Below are positions 10,718 to 19,882 of a DNA stretch of 64,000 bases, piece by piece. Made by a program: the position numbers and the translations under genes. The notes below the pieces were generated by a model. It did not search any database and was not told the origin of the DNA. It saw nothing but the letters and a program-made list of their open reading frames with translations. The stretch is from a virus. The DNA lies in IMG/VR virus record IMGVR_UViG_3300027985_000412, positions 3,310 through 67,309 of that record; one strand, given 5' to 3'. Each line of letters starts with the position of its first letter. The first letter of the stretch is position 1.

Positions 10718-11080
10718 ATGATTTATACAAGTTATTTTGCAAAGCTACAAAATATACCAAGTTCAGTAGTTCCTATAAGTATTTGTGGAAAGGCGCCAGA
10801 TTGGTACACAGGGTCACAATATAAAAAGCTTGCTCCAAAATATAACTTCTTTATGGAGTGGAAGAGGAATCAAGATAATATATTCTATATCAGAGAATAT
10901 TATGCTCAAGTGTTAGCTCCACTAAAACAAGAAGATGTTCTATTTGAGCTATTAAAATTAAGTATGAATAAAGATATTGTACTTTTATGTTATGAAAAAC
11001 CTAATGAATTTTGTCATAGACATTTAGTTGCAGGATGGCTTCAAGAAATTACTCCTGTTTGTGAACTAACTAAAATTTGA
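10718..11080 (+). CDS. DUF488-family protein
   Basis: MIYTSYFA, LAP and LLCYEKPNEFCHRHLVA motifs. Confidence 0.75.
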   Translation: MIYTSYFAKLQNIPSSVVPISICGKAPDWYTGSQYKKLAPKYNFFMEWKRNQDNIFYIREYYAQVLAPLKQEDVLFELLKLSMNKDIVLLCYEKPNEFCHRHLVAGWLQEITPVCELTKI

Positions 11081-11105
11081 CTTTCAATGGTATTCATGAT
11101 ATAAT
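11077..11105 (+). promoter_or_regulatory. SigA-type promoter
   Basis: TTGACT - 17 bp - TATAAT, with extended -10 TG. Confidence 0.75.
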
Positions 11106-11124
11106 AGTACTATAAGGAGATAAA

Positions 11125-11352
11125 ATGAGAAATATAGATAAAGAAAGTGAGCTGGAATCAACACTTAGAAATATTGGCATTAATCTATTCTATCCATTTA
11201 CTCGTAAATGGAAGTCATTGGATAGGATTCTAAGAGAGATATCTAAAAAGTGGAATAAGCTTTCAGAAAAAGACCAAGATGATTTAAGTATTTTAATGTG
11301 TGGACATAAAGATGCCGCAGAATTTCAAGTTTCGATAGAGGTATTATCATGA
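11125..11352 (+). CDS. small protein resembling an internal segment of the tape measure protein
   Basis: Own promoter and AGGAG RBS; aligns by eye without gaps to the TMP segment encoded at about 33961-34137. Confidence 0.6.
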   Translation: MRNIDKESELESTLRNIGINLFYPFTRKWKSLDRILREISKKWNKLSEKDQDDLSILMCGHKDAAEFQVSIEVLS

Positions 11353-12380
11353 TAAAATTAGATAATATTCAGGTTATGAATTTTGAAGGTGCTCTCCGAG
11401 GAATGAGAAATCCTATGGCTAGTTGGAACAAATCTGACAGTAAAGAAGAGATAACTGGATATAGAGGAGGTTTTGTTTCTGAACATCCAAATCTTTGTGT
11501 TGCAGAAAAAGAATTTAGAATTGGTCAAGAAGATTTAAAACTTGCTCAAAAGCTAGTTTTATCTGGCTCAGATCATAGTAAATTTATGCGTCAGATATTT
11601 GTAACAATAGATATTACTGCACCACTTTACTGGTGGAAAGAAATGGATACCTATAAAGTAGCCACTGTTGCAAATAGTGAAAGTACAATGCATCGCTTAG
11701 CGCAAACTCCAATCACAGAAGAGAATTTTAGTTTTGATAATTCTGTTGGAAATACGCATGATTTCTCTATTTTTGTAGAAGATAATAAGGCTTATAAAAC
11801 TAAAGTATTAATAAATAATATTATTAATGTTTGTGAATTATTAAGACAAGAATATTTGAAAACAAAAGACCCAGACACATGGAAACTATTAATACAGATG
11901 CTTCCTGAGAGCTGGAATCAAATGCGAACTTGGACTTGTAGTTATGCAACATTGCGAAATATTTATTTTGCAAGAAGATATCATAAGCTAATTGAGTGGC
12001 GAATTTTCTGTGCAATGATTGAAAGTCTTCCTTATGCAAAAGAATTAATCTGCTGTGAAAAGCCAAAGAAAGAATTTCCAGTAATAGTTCTTTGTGGCAG
12101 TAGTAAGTTTAAGCAACAATTCTTATACTATGAGAAAGAATTGACACTACAAGGTAATATTGTTCTATCCACTAATGGTGTCTTTGGTCATCAAGGAGAT
12201 GCAATAATCTTCAAAAATGGTACTAAAGAAATGTTGGATAGGATGTATAAGCAAAAAATAGATATGGCTGATGAAGTGTTTGTTATCAACAAAGATGGTT
12301 ATATTGGAGAGAGTACTCGAAATGAAATTGAGTACGCTAAAAAACAAGGTAAAATAATTAATTATTGTTACGAGGAGTAA
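11349..12380 (+). CDS. divergent ThyX-like protein fused to a nucleoside-deoxyribosyltransferase-like (DUF4406-like) domain
   Basis: N-terminal GMRNP, DHSKFMRQI, APLYWWKEMDTYK, STMH and RRYHKLIEW; C-terminal LCGSSKF and KIDMADEVFVINKDGYIGESTRNEIEYA. Confidence 0.65.
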   Translation: MIKLDNIQVMNFEGALRGMRNPMASWNKSDSKEEITGYRGGFVSEHPNLCVAEKEFRIGQEDLKLAQKLVLSGSDHSKFMRQIFVTIDITAPLYWWKEMDTYKVATVANSESTMHRLAQTPITEENFSFDNSVGNTHDFSIFVEDNKAYKTKVLINNIINVCELLRQEYLKTKDPDTWKLLIQMLPESWNQMRTWTCSYATLRNIYFARRYHKLIEWRIFCAMIESLPYAKELICCEKPKKEFPVIVLCGSSKFKQQFLYYEKELTLQGNIVLSTNGVFGHQGDAIIFKNGTKEMLDRMYKQKIDMADEVFVINKDGYIGESTRNEIEYAKKQGKIINYCYEE

Positions 12381-12387
12381 AAGGAAT

Positions 12388-13287
12388 ATGTCAGAAGTAA
12401 AAACAACAAATCCATTAGAAGATATACTAAATAGTATTGATTCAATCTCTCCAGATTTTGGAGGTATGGAAGGAATTGCCGCAACACTCGCTCTTCCAGA
12501 AAAAGAGTTTAATATGATGAGTGAGTTAATTCTTAGTGAATTAGAAAAGTCTTTGAATAATGCTGATGATAAGATGGCACTAGTAGCCTCATTAAATGCA
12601 GCTGGAATGAAAGCTGAAGATTTATCAGATGTTTATGACAAATTAGTCGTAGAAATTGATAATCAACTGGCTGGACAAATGTCAGCAAAAAAGAGAGATT
12701 TCTTAAAGAGAATCATAGGCGCCTTAGTCAATGCAGCATCTTCCACCGAAGGTATCGCAAAAAGAATTATGCAAGTTCCTATTGAACTATGTCGAGAGGG
12801 AGCGAAAATTCCAACATATTCTAATCTTGGCGATGCTGGCTTAGATGTATATGCTCCAGAAGATTATGAAATAAAGCCGGGCGAGACTGTTATTGTTAAG
12901 CTAGGAATTAAAACCGCTTTACCATTAGGCTATGAATTACAAGTGCGTCCAAGGAGTGGTCAATCGGTAAAAACAAAACTTCGTGTTGCCAATAGTCCAG
13001 GGACAATTGATGCTAACTATCGTGATGAAATTGGTGTAATAATTGAAAATATCGAACCAAAGATTACCGATATTGAGTTCGAAGCAGTATATGAAGAAGG
13101 AAATCAAATTCCTAGTTATTATATTGTAAAAAGCTTTGAAACTGGTAAATCTTACGTTATTGAAAAAGGACAGCGTTTTGCCCAGTTAGTATTAAGCGAA
13201 GTTACAAGCGCATCTTTCTATCAAGTAGAAGATGTTAAAGAAATTGGTGGAAATCGTGGTGGCGGATTTGGTCACACGGGACAATAG
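12388..13287 (+). CDS. dut: trimeric dUTPase with long N-terminal extension
   Basis: All five motifs present: AGLDV, RPRSG, GTIDANYRDEI, RFAQLV, RGGGFGHTG. Confidence 0.92.
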   Translation: MSEVKTTNPLEDILNSIDSISPDFGGMEGIAATLALPEKEFNMMSELILSELEKSLNNADDKMALVASLNAAGMKAEDLSDVYDKLVVEIDNQLAGQMSAKKRDFLKRIIGALVNAASSTEGIAKRIMQVPIELCREGAKIPTYSNLGDAGLDVYAPEDYEIKPGETVIVKLGIKTALPLGYELQVRPRSGQSVKTKLRVANSPGTIDANYRDEIGVIIENIEPKITDIEFEAVYEEGNQIPSYYIVKSFETGKSYVIEKGQRFAQLVLSEVTSASFYQVEDVKEIGGNRGGGFGHTGQ

Positions 13288-13296
13288 GAGAAGAAT

Positions 13297-13680
13297 ATGA
13301 CAGAACCAGGAACAATTGTAGATATACCAAAAGGTATGCAACTCGCTCAAATGGAATCTTTAGAGATGATTTCTCATCCAATAGAGGCTGGTTATTGGAG
13401 AATAACAAGCATCTGGCGCACTAAAGATAATGAATTACTGAAATTTGTTTTCTTAAAGGCTCAAAGTGCAGATTTTGTATTAGATCATACACAAACATCT
13501 TTTCATTCTCTGTTCGCTCCAATAATAACAGATACTAACTTACAATTAAACTTTAAATTATATCCTGAACCAACAGAGAAGGGATATTACTATCACATCA
13601 TAGACGTGACCCCTCGCGTAAAAATGACGTTAAAAGAGATTGAAAGAAAGTTAGGGTTAAAAATCGAAATTGTAAAATAA
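13297..13680 (+). CDS. hypothetical protein
   Basis: AGGAG RBS; 127 aa ending MTLKEIERKLG. Confidence 0.6.
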   Translation: MTEPGTIVDIPKGMQLAQMESLEMISHPIEAGYWRITSIWRTKDNELLKFVFLKAQSADFVLDHTQTSFHSLFAPIITDTNLQLNFKLYPEPTEKGYYYHIIDVTPRVKMTLKEIERKLGLKIEIVK

Positions 13681-13681
13681 A

Positions 13682-14431
13682 ATGGCTAAACTAAGACTAG
13701 AAGATGTAAGAGGGGAGATAGAAGAAAAAGGCTGGAAGATGATATCGGATGCCTATGAAAATCTTGACGCAGAACTTACTTTAGAATGTCCAGAAGAGCA
13801 CAGAGTATATATATCTTTAAAGAAATTTAGAAGAAATCCAGAGTGTCCAACTTGTAAAAATAATCCATTCAAAGAAATTGATACTAAAGTCATTCCCAAA
13901 AATCCCAATATAACACGAGTACTCGCACTTGATCAAGCAACTAAACTTAGTGGTTGGTCAATATATGATGGAACACAATTAATTAAATATGGTGTCTATC
14001 ATACAAGTTTAGATGATGAAGCTGCACGTATTCATGCTGTAAATGAATGGCTAATAAGTATGATAAATAATTGGAAACCAGATATCATTGGAATAGAAGA
14101 TATTCAATTACAAGACTTTTCAAAAACTCAACAAACAAACGCAGAGAAAATAGGTGTGCAAACTTTTAAAGTTCTTGCGCGCCTTCAAGGAGCATTATTA
14201 AATACGATATTTGCTTCAAAAATCATAGTTCAAGTCGTTCATTCTTCAACTTGGCGAGCACATTGTAAAGTGACCGGTCGTACAAAAGTAGATAAGAAGC
14301 GCAGTATGCAATTACTTGTCAAAAAATGGTTTGATATAAGTGTAACTGACGACGCTGCCGATGCTATTGGACTTGGTAAATATGTGGCTGATACGTCAGT
14401 TAGAGGAATGATACTTGAATCTTGGGAATAA
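13682..14431 (+). CDS. RuvC-like Holliday junction resolvase with N-terminal Zn-ribbon
   Basis: VLALDQATKLSGW, IGIED and DDAADAI (RNase H-fold acidic residues); N-terminal CPEEH...CPTC. Confidence 0.8.
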   Translation: MAKLRLEDVRGEIEEKGWKMISDAYENLDAELTLECPEEHRVYISLKKFRRNPECPTCKNNPFKEIDTKVIPKNPNITRVLALDQATKLSGWSIYDGTQLIKYGVYHTSLDDEAARIHAVNEWLISMINNWKPDIIGIEDIQLQDFSKTQQTNAEKIGVQTFKVLARLQGALLNTIFASKIIVQVVHSSTWRAHCKVTGRTKVDKKRSMQLLVKKWFDISVTDDAADAIGLGKYVADTSVRGMILESWE

Positions 14432-14459
14432 AAAAAAGAGCTTATAGCTCTTTTTTTTT
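14430..14459. terminator. bidirectional intrinsic terminator between convergent modules
   Basis: A-tract-GAGCT-TAT-AGCTC-T-tract at the junction of the + and - blocks. Confidence 0.8.
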
Positions 14460-14480
14460 ATCTAAATATTCTTTTTATGT

Positions 14481-14867
14481 TTACTCCTTAATAAAAGGCA
14501 TCATTGGTAATAATGAATCTAATGATAATTCAATATTACCAAAGTCTTCAATGTTAAACTCAATAGCAGTTTCTATTTCTACATCAAGATTCATTAAATC
14601 TTGAATTTTTTTCTGTGCTTCCTTATCTTTATCAGGTAGTATTTTAACGGAATTTTTATCTTCTGTTAATACTAAATTACCATCATCGTCCTTCTGTCCA
14701 TATTCTTCTATAATTTTCTTAAATTCTTCTTGATAAAATGATGTCTCTTTATCAACAAGATTTGATAATTTACTCAACTTATACGTTGTTTTAATAGGAA
14801 GTTTAAATGTCCGTATTAATTGATAAAATTGTGAGATGTCCAATACCTCAAACATTTTTAATTTCAT
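14481..14867 (-). CDS. hypothetical phage protein
   Basis: AGGAGG RBS; own promoter (TTGAAA-17-TATACT at 14923-14895). Confidence 0.7.
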   Translation of the reverse strand: MKLKMFEVLDISQFYQLIRTFKLPIKTTYKLSKLSNLVDKETSFYQEEFKKIIEEYGQKDDDGNLVLTEDKNSVKILPDKDKEAQKKIQDLMNLDVEIETAIEFNIEDFGNIELSLDSLLPMMPFIKE

Positions 14868-14926
14868 AAATATCCTCCTTTTACTCTTAATTATAGTATA
14901 CTATAAAATTTGAACTTTTTCAAATT

Positions 14927-15304
14927 TCAACAGTCTTGCGCGTCAGCTAATTCTTTTACATTTAATTTAATGTAATTATACATAGCTTCAACTTCATTTT
15001 GTCCAGTTTGAGTTAGTACTTGTGGGGAGAAATAGTCATCATATACGTGACTATATGTGACTACCTCTTTTTCCGTTCCATCTACATCTATATCTTTAGT
15101 TACAATGGGAGAATTATCAAACATATCTATTCTTATTTTTGCGGATTCTAAATAATTACATCCATTACGTCTTGTTTCTTCATTTACATATGGAAGTATT
15201 TCAAAATGAACTTCTTTAGTTGTGGAATCCATTATCCTTTTACCAATACGCCAATATGATAGCTTGACACCTTGTTTAGACAAAACTTCTTTATATAACG
15301 CCAT
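14927..15304 (-). CDS. tail-fibre-associated hypothetical protein
   Basis: AGGAGG RBS; directly downstream of the tail fibre gene. Confidence 0.6.
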   Translation of the reverse strand: MALYKEVLSKQGVKLSYWRIGKRIMDSTTKEVHFEILPYVNEETRRNGCNYLESAKIRIDMFDNSPIVTKDIDVDGTEKEVVTYSHVYDDYFSPQVLTQTGQNEVEAMYNYIKLNVKELADAQDC

Positions 15305-15319
15305 TATTGTATTCCTCCT

Positions 15320-18300
15320 TTAAGACGCAATTCCATACCAGCCGCCCCATGCTCCGGCACGTTTTGATTTCCATTTTATCGTTCCTGTAACACTTAAAGG
15401 TACTGCTATTCGTACCTGCCAATCGCTATTATGGTACATAGAAATATAATAGTACCAATCACCAGTCGGCGCATTTGGACAATTTGCTCCCATATAAAAC
15501 CCTGTCCACCAAGTTCCTTGAACATCCTGCCCCGACATATCATAGCATGACGCCGCATTAAAATACGGATAATAAGCATTTGTGGCACTTCCTGCGCTAT
15601 TTGCGTAGTTCGCAGTTCCAGTACTGTCAGCGTAGCTTGCGTTTGTTGCATACGCAACGCGCACACCAGCGTGATAAGAATCCTCGTTATATCCCTCAAG
15701 AATCCAATGTGTTCCATTCCAATAATGTTGTAGATTATAGCCATCTCCTGCGTCTCGTCTGTATAGGCGGTCGGCAACAATTTGATGTGTATCTCCGCCC
15801 GCATATAATCCACCCGGAAAAACGGTATTGCCATTTCCATCTAATAAAGTTGCCGTTCTTGTTACAGTTGCAAAACTACCAGTGTATTGGCGAACATAGA
15901 TAGGTTCATTTCCATCATCAGCCGTTGCTATTTCAAGTGAACCAGCATTATCGCCGCCCGAAGCCGTTATACGGAACAAATCATTGTTGCCCATGTAGCC
16001 CCAAATAGAACGCGCCCCATTTACGGGAGCATCTAACTGCAAATCGCCTGTTAAAGCTCCTCCGCTTAAAGGCAAATAAGAATGAGTATGCGAGCTTGCA
16101 GCTTTATTGTTTAATTGAGTTTGAATTGAAGAAGTTACTCCATCCAAATAACCTATTTCCGTACTAGAAACTCCAGCTACAATTGCTTGTTTTGCATTAA
16201 GTTGGTTTTGAATAGAAGAAGTAACTCCAGATAAGTATCCTAATACAGTAAGAGAAATAGAACTTTCTGCAATACCTGTATCTGCATTTGATACTAAGAC
16301 TCTATCATTATTAGTAAATTCTTGTTGTCCTAATTTGGTTTTCTTATAAATTGAACCATTTCGAATTACCACATAAGCAGTTCCATCAACTTCAAAACCA
16401 AGACTTCCTTGCCAAGTCGTAACACCTTCAACGCTTGAAGTATAAAAGCCTATATAAGACCCTTGTTGAGTATTTAATAAAGATTCATCGGATTGAATAC
16501 CATCAAAATTAGGCATTTGACTATGTATATTACCATCAATTCCAACAATATTTTTATAATATCCAGCAGTTCCATCAACCCTATCTTTGCCAACAATCAT
16601 TAAGGCTTCTTCTACAACTTCTAGGTCTGATTTATTAATACCAATTTTATTTTTTCTTAGTGCTAGAGTACCAAAAGCAGGAGATAAATATAGAACAGAA
16701 TTATTCGATGTTAAAGTATAATCTTCATTAATATTATAAGACAAAATATTATTCGTAATACTTGCAATAATTCTACGATATGTAATTGTTGCTGATAAAA
16801 TTACTTGATATCCTATTTTACTATCTAAACTTGTAGATGGGAAATTAATTAGTGCATTTTCTGTATTATCCGCTAAATTATATGGGATTTCTATACCACT
16901 ATAAATAAAGTCACTTTGAATAGGAGTTTCACTATTAGTTGTACGATTAATTTTTAATGATAGCAAATTATTATAATTATCCCAATTTGATTCATTAATA
17001 GTTATTGTGTCTAATGAGTGAGAACTTCCATTATCAGACAAACCAAATAATAGAGTAGCTGCACTCGTATCAGAAACATTGCGCTCTACACTATTTAAAG
17101 TAATAGACGGAATTGTTAATCTTGTACAATAAAAATAATGATTTAATTTAGCATTATTATCATTTACATCTGTCTTGTTATTAATAGCAACTGGAACTAC
17201 TTTAAAATAAATAATTTCATCTTTATCAGGATTAGTTAAGTTAATATGATAAATACCCTGATATTTAACATATCCATTATTATCCACTGCAGTATAATCT
17301 ACTCCAGCAATTAACTTTGTGTCTCCCTTATAGACAAATATTCCACCTTGGAGGGTATATCTATATAGACGATACTCTTTAATTGGGTCTATTCCAGTAG
17401 TATATGCAATCTTATGTCCATTATCTATCGTATAATTACTTTTATTATTTGCATCATATGCAGGTTCCCATTCAAAAACAACAGCATCGCCTAATTCAGA
17501 TTCATATCTATTGGTTAAAGTAATACAAGAGTATGGACCTCCAGTCGCTATAATATTTTTAGGAGTTGGATAAGATATACCACTATAAATTATAGGAGCA
17601 GATTCCATAAGAGGAGTTACTCTAAAATCATATTGTAATTGAAATGTGAATACTCCAGAGGTTCCTTCGCGTTTAAGACTATCAATTGTAGTGATTTTAT
17701 ATTCTAATTTAATTAATTTATTAATAGTTGATAATAATGGAGTACCATCTAAAATAGTTTGTAGATATGATGCATTAGCTCCAATAATATTTAAAGTAAT
17801 ATTTTGGTCGTTAGTTGGAGTATTTGGAATAAAAATTCCATTAGTATAAATACCATCTGTCCCAAATAATTTATAAGTATCATTTAATACTGAAATAAAA
17901 CTAGACGCAGGATTAGTTGTTATATCTCTACAATATAACTTGTACCCACAATTAACAAAATTAGATGTTGTTTCATCAATCCCTAAAATCTGCTCAATAG
18001 TTACTTGCACACCACTATCTTCATTATAGTTCACTGGAATAATAGTATTAACACTATGACTCACAATGGGTGCAGGAGATACTCTTAGATATGGCATTGC
18101 ATTCCATCTAAAATGTGCAGACGTATTCGTAGCATTTGTTGTTAAATCAATAGATGTAGATGCGATATCATTACCATTGATTCTACTTACAGCCCATATT
18201 TCAAATTGAATAACATCATTATCTGATGCAGCATAAATAGCCGTTCCAGTACCAATTACATAAACAATATCTCCAGAACCAGCAGTACTTTCAGTCTCAC

Positions 18301-19864
18301 CCAATACTTGCGTAAAAGGAATTGTACCACTCGAAATTGCAGCTCCAGAAGTCCCAATAGAGCTATAGCGCGTCCATCTTCCGGCAAAGCCTCGAATATA
18401 TCCACTTTTTTTCGCTCCAGGGGTTACAGTTAATGTAATTCCATTTTGAAGACGTGCTAAAGAACCTGAAATAGTTAACGTTCCATCTATTCCATCAAAT
18501 ATTCTCGTACTTGGAGTGCCTATCGTATCTCCATTTTTAATTATAACTTTTTTTAATTTATTTGGAAGTTCTCCGCGTAAGAATCCTGCTGTACCAGTAG
18601 CTCCAGCATTAGTAATTAATGTACTACTATAATATACATAAGGAATAATTCTAAAGTATACTAATGAACCATAAGGAACTTGAGTAGTATTTGGATTCCA
18701 TGTATATGAAGTTGCATTGACACCAGTTGCAATATCGTACCAATTTGCATTATTTAAACTATATTGTAATGTATATAATCTATATAATCCATAAGTATTA
18801 GCACTATTAATAACAGGAGCAGCCCAACTTAGAGTAACAGAATTTATTATTGTAGTAGGAGCAACATTTAAAACAGAAACTGCATTTACACTGACTCCAT
18901 ATATAGTTCTTGTTGTAGAACCTATCTGATTAGAATTACGGGTTCCTATAGCACGTACAGTATAATTGGCTACGCCACCAGCGCCAGGTGAATTATAATA
19001 TGCTACACCAACATTTCCAACTCCTGCACCATTAACAGTGTATCCAGTAATTGGATTATTGGCACCATTAGCAGCCCCACCCCAAGTAAGGGCAAATGAG
19101 GCGCCAGCATTCATATATCCATCAGTTCCACCATTTACATATGTTGGACCACTAACTTCAGTATATCCAATGACCGTTCCACCAGCAGAACTAGTTGCTA
19201 AGTTATAAGTTGCATTTGAACGTACTGTAAAAGTATAGCCATCAGTACCAGGAACATTTACTGCAATGCCTGAGCCACCAACAGTACCAATCTCTACACC
19301 ATTTCTAAATATAGTATAGCTATAAATACCATTTCCAACGCCACTCGATTGCCCACTCCAATATAAAGTTACATTAGCTCCTGCTAATGCATAACTTGCA
19401 TCAACCCATACGGAAGTAGGTGCTGTGGCAGATGTCCAAGAGGAACCAAAATCTACTCCTGTAGTTTTTAAAGTACAATCTGAAGTACTTGTTGAAGTAT
19501 GTCCATTCCAAATTAATGTACCACTACTTGGAAGAGAGGAAGGGCTGTCACTAATATAAAATCCAACACTTATTGTACCAGCATCATAATTTCCAACATC
19601 AATAGTTAATGAATAACTAATCCAATTATTATAGGTGGTATATGAACTAATACTTCCACTCCATGCCCCGCAGTTATAATAATTATTACCATTAACAACG
19701 ACTACAACATAACGACTAATACTATTTTTATAAGACCCACCTGAATACATATTAATAGTACCACTAATAGTAACCTGCGTCCCACTATGAGACGCAGATA
19801 TATTAGTACTTTGTATCCAAGCCGATGCACTTGTATATGAATATTGCTTTGCAGTTACTGCCAT
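15320..19864 (-). CDS. tail fibre / receptor-binding protein
   Basis: 1514 aa, G/S/T/N-rich with FN3/Ig-like segments, repeated GYL(S/D)GVTSSIQxQLN, and a Trp/Tyr-rich knob-like C-terminus. Confidence 0.75.
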   Translation of the reverse strand: MAVTAKQYSYTSASAWIQSTNISASHSGTQVTISGTINMYSGGSYKNSISRYVVVVVNGNNYYNCGAWSGSISSYTTYNNWISYSLTIDVGNYDAGTISVGFYISDSPSSLPSSGTLIWNGHTSTSTSDCTLKTTGVDFGSSWTSATAPTSVWVDASYALAGANVTLYWSGQSSGVGNGIYSYTIFRNGVEIGTVGGSGIAVNVPGTDGYTFTVRSNATYNLATSSAGGTVIGYTEVSGPTYVNGGTDGYMNAGASFALTWGGAANGANNPITGYTVNGAGVGNVGVAYYNSPGAGGVANYTVRAIGTRNSNQIGSTTRTIYGVSVNAVSVLNVAPTTIINSVTLSWAAPVINSANTYGLYRLYTLQYSLNNANWYDIATGVNATSYTWNPNTTQVPYGSLVYFRIIPYVYYSSTLITNAGATGTAGFLRGELPNKLKKVIIKNGDTIGTPSTRIFDGIDGTLTISGSLARLQNGITLTVTPGAKKSGYIRGFAGRWTRYSSIGTSGAAISSGTIPFTQVLGETESTAGSGDIVYVIGTGTAIYAASDNDVIQFEIWAVSRINGNDIASTSIDLTTNATNTSAHFRWNAMPYLRVSPAPIVSHSVNTIIPVNYNEDSGVQVTIEQILGIDETTSNFVNCGYKLYCRDITTNPASSFISVLNDTYKLFGTDGIYTNGIFIPNTPTNDQNITLNIIGANASYLQTILDGTPLLSTINKLIKLEYKITTIDSLKREGTSGVFTFQLQYDFRVTPLMESAPIIYSGISYPTPKNIIATGGPYSCITLTNRYESELGDAVVFEWEPAYDANNKSNYTIDNGHKIAYTTGIDPIKEYRLYRYTLQGGIFVYKGDTKLIAGVDYTAVDNNGYVKYQGIYHINLTNPDKDEIIYFKVVPVAINNKTDVNDNNAKLNHYFYCTRLTIPSITLNSVERNVSDTSAATLLFGLSDNGSSHSLDTITINESNWDNYNNLLSLKINRTTNSETPIQSDFIYSGIEIPYNLADNTENALINFPSTSLDSKIGYQVILSATITYRRIIASITNNILSYNINEDYTLTSNNSVLYLSPAFGTLALRKNKIGINKSDLEVVEEALMIVGKDRVDGTAGYYKNIVGIDGNIHSQMPNFDGIQSDESLLNTQQGSYIGFYTSSVEGVTTWQGSLGFEVDGTAYVVIRNGSIYKKTKLGQQEFTNNDRVLVSNADTGIAESSISLTVLGYLSGVTSSIQNQLNAKQAIVAGVSSTEIGYLDGVTSSIQTQLNNKAASSHTHSYLPLSGGALTGDLQLDAPVNGARSIWGYMGNNDLFRITASGGDNAGSLEIATADDGNEPIYVRQYTGSFATVTRTATLLDGNGNTVFPGGLYAGGDTHQIVADRLYRRDAGDGYNLQHYWNGTHWILEGYNEDSYHAGVRVAYATNASYADSTGTANYANSAGSATNAYYPYFNAASCYDMSGQDVQGTWWTGFYMGANCPNAPTGDWYYYISMYHNSDWQVRIAVPLSVTGTIKWKSKRAGAWGGWYGIAS

Positions 19865-19882
19865 ATTTATTACTTTCCTCCT

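Noticed and set aside
15320-15900. Diversity-generating retroelement target in the tail fibre tip
   Set aside because: No reverse transcriptase and no second near-identical template repeat seen in this window.
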